Position numbers and translations under genes: made by a program. Under the pieces are notes generated by a model. That model had not been told where the DNA came from. It worked only from the letters and a program-made list of their open reading frames with translations, and did no database searches. From assembly GCA_003220535.1 (NCBI GenBank), contig QHSU01000057.1, forward strand, positions 20,411 through 84,410: a stretch of 64,000 nt of DNA, in the 5' to 3' direction. Of the stretch, positions 27,593-35,463 are shown in pieces. Source of the DNA: Candidatus Rokuibacteriota bacterium. Lineage in GTDB: Bacteria > Methylomirabilota > Methylomirabilia > Rokubacteriales > CSP1-6. Every line of letters starts with the position of its first letter. The first letter of the stretch is position 1.

Positions 27593-28486
27593 GTGATCGT
27601 CCATCTGGTCGACGGAACGTACGAGCTGTTCCGCTCCTTCTTCTCGCCGGCGGCGGCCTTCGACCGCAGCGCTCCGGAAGAGCTGCGGGCGGTGCGCGGC
27701 GTCGTCGGGTCGATGCTGGGGATGCTCGAAGGCGGCGCCACGCATCTGGGTGTGGCCACGGACCACGTCATCGAGTCGTTTCGCAACGGGCTCTGGCCGG
27801 GCTACAAGACGGGCGAGGGCGTGGACCCGCTGCTGCTCGCGCAATTTCAACCGCTGGAAGAGGCGTTGAGCGCGCTCGGCGTGGTCGTCTGGCCCATGGT
27901 CGAGTTCGAGGCCGACGATGCGCTCGCCGCGGCCGCGGCCATGGCCGCCGCCGATGCGCGCGTCGACCAGGTCGTCATCTGCACGCCCGACAAAGATCTG
28001 GCGCAGTGCGTGCGGGCCGACCGGATCGTCCAGCTCGATCGCCGTACGCGCGAGCTGCGCAACGAGTCGGGGGTGCGTCAGAAGTTCGGGGTCTCGCCCG
28101 CGTCGATTCCGGATTGGCTGGCGCTCGTGGGTGACAGCGCCGACGGTTACCCCGGTTTGCCGGGCTGGGGCGCGGCGTCGGCGACGGCGGTCCTCGCTCG
28201 CTATCAGCACCTCGAGCACATTCCGAAGCTGGCCACGGAGTGGGAGGTGTCCGTGCGTGGAGCGCAGCGCCTGGCCACGACGCTCACGGCGCAACGCGAG
28301 CGCGCGCTGCTCTTCCGCGAGCTGGCCACGTTGCGTGGGGATGCTCCCATCGGCGTCGACGTGGACGGGCTGCGGTGGAGGGGACCGCGCGCCGACTTCG
28401 CGACCTGGTCAGAGCGACTCGGTACGCCGGCGCTTCAGGAGCGCGCCTCGAAGCTGGCAGCAACGCGCGCCGTCGCGACGCGCTGA
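27593..28486 (+). CDS. Standalone 5-prime-3-prime exonuclease / flap endonuclease (Pol I N-terminal nuclease family)
   Basis: It contains IVHLVDGTYELFRSFF, EFEADDALA and LVGDSADGYPGLPGWG (H3TH). These correspond to the PIN-like and helical-arch motifs. Confidence 0.8.
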   Translation: MIVHLVDGTYELFRSFFSPAAAFDRSAPEELRAVRGVVGSMLGMLEGGATHLGVATDHVIESFRNGLWPGYKTGEGVDPLLLAQFQPLEEALSALGVVVWPMVEFEADDALAAAAAMAAADARVDQVVICTPDKDLAQCVRADRIVQLDRRTRELRNESGVRQKFGVSPASIPDWLALVGDSADGYPGLPGWGAASATAVLARYQHLEHIPKLATEWEVSVRGAQRLATTLTAQRERALLFRELATLRGDAPIGVDVDGLRWRGPRADFATWSERLGTPALQERASKLAATRAVATR

Positions 28487-28514
28487 GCGAATGGCGCCAT
28501 ACACCGAAGGACGT

Positions 28515-29594
28515 CTATTCGACCCGCCAGACCTCGACGCCGTAGGTCAGGTTCCTGCCGGCCTGGGCCGACGTGATCGTCGCAAACCTGGTCGCGTCGT
28601 CGGTGATGGCGACAACGTGGTAGGCCTTCGATCCCGACGCGACGACCTGCGATGTCTTCCGCGACACGTCGAAGAGGCGCATGCCGTACCGGTCCCCGGT
28701 GGACGCGAGCAATCGACCGTCACCGGCGAAGCGCAGCGAGCCTGCCGGTGGTCCGCCGGCCTCGGCATCGGCGTCGACGAGCAGCTCGGCGCCCGTCGCC
28801 AGATTCCACACGTAGACCGTGCCCTCGATGGTGACGGCCGCGGCGCGCGAGGCATCGGGCGAGAGGGCCACCACGACCGCCCACACCTCGGGTGGCTCGA
28901 GCCCGCGAGGCGGCCGGTCCGGGCGGCGCGAGCGGCTGACCGAGAAACGGCGGATCGGCGTCGCGGGGGTCGCCGTGTCCCACACCGCGACTTCTCCCTC
29001 GTGTCCTGCCGTCAAGAGCCTCGTCCCGTTCGTGGCCAGGTCGAAGGCCGTCAGGGCCTCGCGATGGGGATTCGACACGCGCACCGTCTCCGACCGCGTC
29101 GCGACGTCGAGCAGCAGCACCTCGCGCTCGCACATGACCGCCAGCCGCTCTCCCGAGCCATCGAAGCGCAGCGCGAGGCAGCGGCCCATCGGCACGGCGG
29201 CCACCTCCGCCCACACGATCGCCCCGGCGCGCTCGTCCGGTCGCCATAGCCGCAGGGCTCCCTCGCCGTGCCGGCCGAGCGAGGCGAGCAGGCCGCCGTC
29301 AGGCGAGAACGCGAGGTCGGTGATGGCCTGGCGGTATTTCGCGAGGGTGTTCTCGGCCGCACCCGCCGGAGCCCAGATGCGGATCGACCCGTTCCGCTCG
29401 CCAGTCGCCACGCGGCTGGCGTCCCGTGTCAGCGCGATCGAGTCCACGAACCCACCGGCGGTGTTCACCTCGCCGATCTCCGCGATCCTGGTGGCCACCA
29501 CCGGCGCGACCGGCGCCTCCTGGCGGCAGCCGATCGCGAGCGCGGCGGCGCCGATCACGATCGGCAGGAGGCGGGCCGACGGGGCCTTGCGCAT
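28515..29594 (-). CDS. WD40-repeat beta-propeller lipoprotein
   Basis: The lipobox is LAIGC. WD-like units recur (...GSIRIWAP..., ...GALRLWRPD..., ...GEVAVWDT..., ...GTVYVWNL...). Confidence 0.7.
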   Translation of the reverse strand: MRKAPSARLLPIVIGAAALAIGCRQEAPVAPVVATRIAEIGEVNTAGGFVDSIALTRDASRVATGERNGSIRIWAPAGAAENTLAKYRQAITDLAFSPDGGLLASLGRHGEGALRLWRPDERAGAIVWAEVAAVPMGRCLALRFDGSGERLAVMCEREVLLLDVATRSETVRVSNPHREALTAFDLATNGTRLLTAGHEGEVAVWDTATPATPIRRFSVSRSRRPDRPPRGLEPPEVWAVVVALSPDASRAAAVTIEGTVYVWNLATGAELLVDADAEAGGPPAGSLRFAGDGRLLASTGDRYGMRLFDVSRKTSQVVASGSKAYHVVAITDDATRFATITSAQAGRNLTYGVEVWRVE

Positions 29595-29732
29595 GCCAGA
29601 AATTCTACGACAGCGGTCCGACGCCAGACGAAGATGATTCTCAAGCTCGAGGCCCCGGGCCCCGACCGGGTCGAGCTGCGGCGCTTCGTCGCGCGCGTGC
29701 TGGACGCGTTGTAGCGCCGACGTCGATCGGCT

Positions 29733-30470
29733 TCATCCCGGCGATGTGTCTCCACATTTCTCCCGCAGAAATCCGATGGCGATGCCGTACTGCCCCAGAT
29801 AGTACGTCGGCCAGATCAGATAGACAGCCAGCGGAACGGGCGTTCTGAAACGCCCGGCGGCGATCAACGAATCGGAAATCATGAACAGCATCGCGCCGAT
29901 CCAGACGAACGGCCTGGAAAATCCAGCCAGGATCGTCGACACGGTCATCACGGTGATCGCGCCGCTGTAGATCAGCACCGGCACGGCCTGGGCGCCCAGT
30001 CCTGACGACAGCCAGCTCGACAGCAACACGCTATAGACCAGCACCAGCACCGTCAGGACGACCTGACCGCCGCTGGGGCGCAATGGTCGTGGCCAGGCTC
30101 GCGTAAAGAGCAGAATGTATGCGAGGTGCGCGAACAGAAATGCCCGCAAGGCGTGAATGAAGTACCGGCGCGGGCCGAGCGCGAGCAAGATGTCGCCGAG
30201 ACACGAGAGCGCCAGCGCCGCCGCCAAGATCAGGTGGTCGCGGCCGCGGAGCCACCCGGCGCCGTCCGGTCTGCGTTCGGCGCTGCCCAGGACTCGAAAG
30301 GTCAGCACCGCCAGCGGAGCCATGCTCAGCGCCTTGAGCGCAATGCGGCCCGGAAACGGCTGCACGCCTCGCGTCGCCAGGTACGCCGTGCTGCTCATGA
30401 TCGAAAGCAACAACAGCCATCGGTCTGCCTGACCGAAGTCGCGGAGGCGGCCGAAAGTCAGAGCGTCCAT
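29733..30470 (-). CDS. YhhN/lysoplasmalogenase-family integral membrane protein
   Basis: 245 aa with about 7-8 TM segments. The blocks ...LSCLGDILLAL... and ...FMISDSLIA... resemble the YhhN family. Confidence 0.5.
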   Translation of the reverse strand: MDALTFGRLRDFGQADRWLLLLSIMSSTAYLATRGVQPFPGRIALKALSMAPLAVLTFRVLGSAERRPDGAGWLRGRDHLILAAALALSCLGDILLALGPRRYFIHALRAFLFAHLAYILLFTRAWPRPLRPSGGQVVLTVLVLVYSVLLSSWLSSGLGAQAVPVLIYSGAITVMTVSTILAGFSRPFVWIGAMLFMISDSLIAAGRFRTPVPLAVYLIWPTYYLGQYGIAIGFLREKCGDTSPG

Positions 30471-30492
30471 GGAATGATGCCAACGAGTGTCG

Positions 30493-31650
30493 TCAGACGA
30501 ACGTCAGCGGCTCGACGTGCGCCTCGCCGCGCGCGAACCGCGCGAGGTCGAGCGCGGTGGCGTCCATCGTGACGGCGCGGCCGTGCACGAGCATCTCGGC
30601 CATGAGCTGCCCGGCGATCGGGCCGTGCATGAAGCCGTGGCCGCTGAAGCCGGCGATGACGTGCAGTCCCGCGACGCCGGGGACGGCGCTGACGATCCCG
30701 GTCTGGTCCGGGGTCATTTCATAGAGGCCGGCCCACGCGCGCATGAGCTCGGCGTCGGCCAGCGCCGGCGCGCGGTGAATCGCGCGCTCGATTGCCCCGG
30801 GCTCGAGGCTCCGATCGATCTCGGTGCTGAAGCTGTCGGGCTCGTTCGGGCGCCCGTGACCGAGCAGCAGCCCGAGGCCCTCTCGGCGCAGGGAGAAGTT
30901 TCGGTGCGGATCGATGACGAACGGGGTGGCCGCGGGGATTCGCTCCGCGGGAAAGGGTGCGGTCATGAACTTGTGACGCCGGTGCGGACGGACGGGGATG
31001 TCGACGTTGGCGAGCTTGCCCACGACCCCCGACCAGGCTCCCGTCGCGATGACGACGGCCGACGCCTCGAAGGTCCCGGCCGCGGTGGTGACGCCGCGCA
31101 CCCGGTCGCCGTCGCGGAGGAACCCATGAACCTCGTGCTGCTGCTTGATCACCACGCCGAGATCGCGCGCGCGGGCGGCGATCGCGGTCGCGCAGAGGTA
31201 CGGGTCGGCGTAGCCGTCGCGCGGCGTGTACGTTGCGCCGAGGAGATCGTCGGTGTTGAGATAGGGGCAGAGCGCGCGTATCGCCGCCGGTTCGAGCAGC
31301 TCGGCGGCGACCCCGAGGCTCCGCTGGAGCGCGACGCTGCGCCGCGCGGTGGCCAGCTCGTCTTCCGTCGCGATCAGGATGAGGTACCCGTGCTGGCGGA
31401 AGTGGGGATCGACGCCGAACTCGTCACGAAAACGCTCGTAGGTGACGATGCTGTGCGTCGTCAGCTCGATGCCGAGACGGTTCGCGTACTGATGGCGGAT
31501 GCCGCCGCTGGCGAGGGCCGTCGAGCCGGAGCACACGGTGTCGCGCTCGAGGACGGTCACGCGCCCCGCGCCGAGCCGCGCCAGGTGGTACGCCGTGCTG
31601 ACGCCCATGATGCCGGCGCCGACGATCACGATCTCTGCGGTTTCCGTCAT
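30493..31650 (-). CDS. FAD-dependent oxidoreductase (DAO family: sarcosine/glycine/D-amino-acid oxidase-like)
   Basis: The N-terminal dinucleotide fold is IVIVGAGIMGVSTAYHLA...LERD, and the protein contains ...GHGFMHGP... . Confidence 0.85.
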   Translation of the reverse strand: MTETAEIVIVGAGIMGVSTAYHLARLGAGRVTVLERDTVCSGSTALASGGIRHQYANRLGIELTTHSIVTYERFRDEFGVDPHFRQHGYLILIATEDELATARRSVALQRSLGVAAELLEPAAIRALCPYLNTDDLLGATYTPRDGYADPYLCATAIAARARDLGVVIKQQHEVHGFLRDGDRVRGVTTAAGTFEASAVVIATGAWSGVVGKLANVDIPVRPHRRHKFMTAPFPAERIPAATPFVIDPHRNFSLRREGLGLLLGHGRPNEPDSFSTEIDRSLEPGAIERAIHRAPALADAELMRAWAGLYEMTPDQTGIVSAVPGVAGLHVIAGFSGHGFMHGPIAGQLMAEMLVHGRAVTMDATALDLARFARGEAHVEPLTFV

Positions 31651-31677
31651 CTCATCCCCCAGGAATCGCCTCGAGCC

Positions 31678-32451
31678 TCAGCGAGAGCCCAGACGACCCG
31701 AGCGCCTCGACGGCGCGTCCTCCAGTTCGATCCCGAACACCGCCGAAAGCCGATCGTCGGCGATGCGCTTGCCCGCCGCCTGGCGCGCGCGCGACACCGC
31801 GCCGGCGGTGGCCGAGCTGAGCAGCTCCGTCTGGTCCACCTGGCGTAGGACGAAGAACAGCTCCGGCCTGGCGTCGAGACGGATGCCCACTCCGTAGAGG
31901 ACCGCGGCGAGGTGCTTGCACACGCCGGCCCGGTCCGGGCACGAGCAGTCGAGCGTCATCTCGCGCGGCTGCGGGAACAGCCCGTCTTTCGCGTGGGTCA
32001 GCACGGCCAGCACGTCGTCGGACAGCTCGCCGCGCAGCAGGCCGACGAGCGAGCCGATCCGGCCGGTGCAACGATCGATCACGCGACGCCAGCGCGACTT
32101 CGCCAGGGGAGCGATGCCGATCGTCACGCGATACAGCTCGCCGCCGGCCACGTAGGCCTCGACCCGGCCCCCCGCGATCGCCAGGTCCAGCACCGCGCCG
32201 TTCCGGAGGTAGGCGCGCCCGCGCGGCAGGCGATTGGCTAGGTCGGCGTAACGCTCGAGATTGTCGGCCCACGCCTGGCCCCAGAACGTCGTGGTGAGCC
32301 GCCGCTTGCGGTGCGCGATCACGACCGGCTCGGCCGGGCGCTTGCTCTTCTTCAGCAGCTTCGCCAGCGCCCGGGCGCCGTTCGCCCTCTTTTCCGCCAC
32401 GGAAACGTAGGGCGGGTAGTAGTCCCATCCGCCGCCGCCGTACCACGCCAT
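31678..32451 (-). CDS. SWIM zinc-finger protein (partner of the upstream SNF2 helicase)
   Basis: The C-x-C...C-x-H SWIM signature is present in LDCSCPDRAGVCKHLAAVLY. An AAGGAAG SD is present, and the start lies 14 nt after the SNF2 stop. Confidence 0.75.
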   Translation of the reverse strand: MAWYGGGGWDYYPPYVSVAEKRANGARALAKLLKKSKRPAEPVVIAHRKRRLTTTFWGQAWADNLERYADLANRLPRGRAYLRNGAVLDLAIAGGRVEAYVAGGELYRVTIGIAPLAKSRWRRVIDRCTGRIGSLVGLLRGELSDDVLAVLTHAKDGLFPQPREMTLDCSCPDRAGVCKHLAAVLYGVGIRLDARPELFFVLRQVDQTELLSSATAGAVSRARQAAGKRIADDRLSAVFGIELEDAPSRRSGRLGSR

Positions 32452-32465
32452 CACGCTTCCTTATC

Positions 32466-35174
32466 TCATGCCTCGGCCGTGGCGCGTCGGAGGTCTAGCG
32501 CGACCATGGTCATCAGCTCCGCGTCGCTCATCTCGGTCAGCAGCGTCTCGCCGCCACCCTGGAGCACTCCGCGCACCATTGCCTGCTTGTCCTGGATGAG
32601 CCGGTCGATGCGTTCCTCGACGGTGCCACGGCATACGAGCTTGTGCACGAGGACATTCTTGTGCTGGCCGATGCGGTAGGCGCGGTCGGTCGCCTGGTCC
32701 TCGACCGCGGGGTTCCACCAGCGGTCGAAGTGCACCACGTGCGAGGCCGCGGTGAGGTTCAGGCCGCTTCCACCCGCCTTCACGGACAGCACGAAGAACG
32801 GCACCGTCGCGTCCTCCTGGAAGCGTTTTACGAGCCCGCCGCGAGCCCGGACCGGTGTGCTGCCGTGGAGCACGAGCCCGGGCCGGCCGAACAGACCCGT
32901 CAGGAACGTGGCCAGTGGCTCGGTGGCCTCGCGGAATTGCGTGAACACCAGCACCTTTTCCTGCTTCGCCGCCACCGCTTCGACGATCTCGCGTAGCCGC
33001 GCGAGCTTGCCGCTCCCGGCCTCGTCCCAGATCCCTTCGCCCAGCCAGTGCGCCGGGTGATTACAAATCTGCTTGAAGCGCATGAGATAGGCCAGCACCA
33101 GGCCGCGCCGCTCGATGCCCTGCGTGAGGCCTGTGATGGCGCGCTCGAGTTCGTCGACCGTCTTCTGATAGAGCGCGGCCTGCGGGCCGGAGAGCAGGCA
33201 GAACGCCTTCACCTCGGTCTTGTCGGGAAGGTCGGCCACGACGGAGCGGTCGGTCTTGAGCCGGCGCAGGAGATAGGGCTGGATCAGGCGGCGCAGTGGC
33301 GCGTAGCTCTCGTCCGGGCGGTCGGCCAGCCGCTTGGCGAACGCCGAGAACTCGCGCGCCGAGCCCAGCAGGCCCGGGTCGAGGAAGTCGTAGATCGACC
33401 AGAGATCGCCCAGACGGTTCTCGACGGGCGTGCCGGTGAGCGCGATCCGGGCGCGCGCCTTCAGCGCCTTGACCGCCTGCGTCTGCCGCGCCCCGGGATT
33501 CTTGATCGCCTGCGCTTCGTCGAGAATCGCGAGCGACCACTCACGCGCCCGCAGCGCCTCGACGCGCGCCAGCGTCCCGTAGGTGGTGATGACGAGATCG
33601 GTGGAGCCGAGATCGGCGCCGGCCAGCTCGGCCAGCTCGCGCGTGGGCATTGCGGAGGGATGGGCCACGAGCGTCGTCAGCGACGGCGCGAAGCGCTCGA
33701 TCTCGGCCTGCCAGTTGGCGAGGAGCGACGCCGGCGCCACGAGCAGATGCGGAGGCTCGCCAGCCCGCGCGCGCCGCTTGTGCAGGAGCAAGAGGCCGAG
33801 CACCTGGATGGTCTTGCCGAGCCCCATGTCGTCCGCCAGGCAGACGCCGAGCCGCAGCGACGAGGCGAAGGCGAGCCACGACACGCCCGCCTTCTGATAG
33901 GGCCTCAGCGTGCCGCGAAAGTCGGCGCCCGGGTCGGCCGCCGCGAGCCCCGCCGGCCCGCGCAGCCCCTCGAGCGTGTGCGCGAGCCAGGCGCCGGCCT
34001 CGACGCGTGACCAGCCCTCGCCCGCCGCGAGCGCGGCGGCGACATCCTCCGTGCGCGCGGCGCCGGCGAGCAGTCTCATGCCCTCGAGGAACGAGAGCCC
34101 GCCTTCCTCGGCCTCACGCCGCACACGCTCCCAGTGGGCCAGCACCTCGCGCAGCCGCTCGCGGTCCAGCTCGACCCATTGCCCGCGCAGCCGCACCAGC
34201 CCGCTCGACGACGCCAGGAGCTGGCGCACCTCGGCGGCCGTCAGCTTCTCGTCACCCAGCGCGACCGCGACCGAGAAGTCGAGCAGCGCGTCCATGCCGA
34301 CCGCGCTAGGCTTTTTCTCGCCCACGCGTACGGCAACCTCGGGCCGCGGCGGGCGCCGCGGGCGCCACCAGTCGGGGACGCGCACGACCAGCCCGGCCGC
34401 CTCGAAGGCCGGGATCGCGCGCAGGAAGCGATGCGCCTCGGCGGGCGTCCAGGCCATCGCCTGGTAGATTTCGCCGGAATCGATCAGCTCGGCCAGCCAC
34501 TCGCTCTGCTCCGCCGCACGCTGGAGTGGCACGAGCAGATGGAGCAGCGCCTGCCGGTCGCCGCGTGCGGAGGATTCCTCGAGCGCGCGCGCGAGCGGAC
34601 GATGCTGCACCTTGCCGCCGGCGCCCGCGCGCGCCGCGTAGGTGGCGAGGAAGGCGAACGGGTGCTCCTCGTCGCCGCGATTCTCGGCCAGGTGCAGGCA
34701 CACCTTGCCGACGACGTGCCACGAGGGATGATGCGCGCGCAGCCAGTCCCCGACCGAACCGCGGTGCGTGCGGATCTCGTCGGCTAACGCGCGGTTGAGT
34801 TCGGCCCAGCGCGCGGCGACCCAGTCGGCGTCCACGTACTCGCCGCCGTCCATGGGCGGGACGGCGCTGGCCAACCGCACGCGCTCGTCCGCGGGGCAGT
34901 TGACCTCGACCCGCTCGTGCCGCTCCTCGAGATCGGGCAGGGCGCAGAGCCGTGTCACGAATGCGCGGCCGAGGTCGCGCAGGAACGCGAGCGGTGGGGC
35001 AAGCGGCGTGTCGAGCTCGGTCGCACCGAGGTCGAGCAGCGCGTGCCCGGGCCCACGCCCGAAGGCGCGAGCGACGCGGGCACGGGCCGCGACGGACAGA
35101 CCGTCGCTCGCTTCGTCGTCGTCGGGTGTCGTGTCCGCGAGCAGCGCGCCCGACGGCAGGATGGCAACGCGCAT
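32466..35174 (-). CDS. SNF2-family helicase/ATPase with a long N-terminal non-helicase region
   Basis: It contains GVCLADDMGLGKT, LAILDEAQAIKNP, LTGTPVENRLGDLWS and SVKAGGSGLNLTAASHVVHFDRWWNPAVEDQATDRAYRIGQ. The start is ATG 35174 or 35210. Confidence 0.9.
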   Translation of the reverse strand: MRVAILPSGALLADTTPDDDEASDGLSVAARARVARAFGRGPGHALLDLGATELDTPLAPPLAFLRDLGRAFVTRLCALPDLEERHERVEVNCPADERVRLASAVPPMDGGEYVDADWVAARWAELNRALADEIRTHRGSVGDWLRAHHPSWHVVGKVCLHLAENRGDEEHPFAFLATYAARAGAGGKVQHRPLARALEESSARGDRQALLHLLVPLQRAAEQSEWLAELIDSGEIYQAMAWTPAEAHRFLRAIPAFEAAGLVVRVPDWWRPRRPPRPEVAVRVGEKKPSAVGMDALLDFSVAVALGDEKLTAAEVRQLLASSSGLVRLRGQWVELDRERLREVLAHWERVRREAEEGGLSFLEGMRLLAGAARTEDVAAALAAGEGWSRVEAGAWLAHTLEGLRGPAGLAAADPGADFRGTLRPYQKAGVSWLAFASSLRLGVCLADDMGLGKTIQVLGLLLLHKRRARAGEPPHLLVAPASLLANWQAEIERFAPSLTTLVAHPSAMPTRELAELAGADLGSTDLVITTYGTLARVEALRAREWSLAILDEAQAIKNPGARQTQAVKALKARARIALTGTPVENRLGDLWSIYDFLDPGLLGSAREFSAFAKRLADRPDESYAPLRRLIQPYLLRRLKTDRSVVADLPDKTEVKAFCLLSGPQAALYQKTVDELERAITGLTQGIERRGLVLAYLMRFKQICNHPAHWLGEGIWDEAGSGKLARLREIVEAVAAKQEKVLVFTQFREATEPLATFLTGLFGRPGLVLHGSTPVRARGGLVKRFQEDATVPFFVLSVKAGGSGLNLTAASHVVHFDRWWNPAVEDQATDRAYRIGQHKNVLVHKLVCRGTVEERIDRLIQDKQAMVRGVLQGGGETLLTEMSDAELMTMVALDLRRATAEA

Positions 35175-35463
35175 CGGTGGCAATCTAAGCGCCGGGCTCG
35201 ATCGGCGCAACGACGACCGTTGGCGGGTTCGCCGTCTCCAGCCGGCCGTCGATGACAGCCTTCATGGCACGTACGGTGCCACAAAAAGATCGAATCCAGC
35301 GACGCAGGCTTTCTCGGACGTCGACGCAAGGCTCCGCGGTATCATCCGGTCGCCATGTCTCTGAGCGCCCCGACTATACGCGCCGATGAGAAGAGTTGCC
35401 GCCGCCGACCTCCTGTGCAGGTGGGAAGCGATGGTGGTGGCAAGCGATGAAAGGAGTCGCGCC

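Noticed and set aside
25820-28294. An 824-aa minus-strand ORF, the longest in the track.
   Set aside because: Only its last 255 codons (25820-26587) look like a protein, namely the metallophosphoesterase motifs. The rest is Arg/Gly/Pro-rich low-complexity sequence. It is antisense to three well-supported plus-strand genes (NTF2-like, GNAT, 5-prime nuclease). This is a typical high-GC shadow ORF.
29640-29714. The short plus-strand reading MILKLEAPGPDRVELRRFVARVLDAL in the WD40/YhhN intergenic region.
   Set aside because: It is only the tail of a shadow ORF. It has no SD and no recognisable family, and at 25 codons it cannot be supported.
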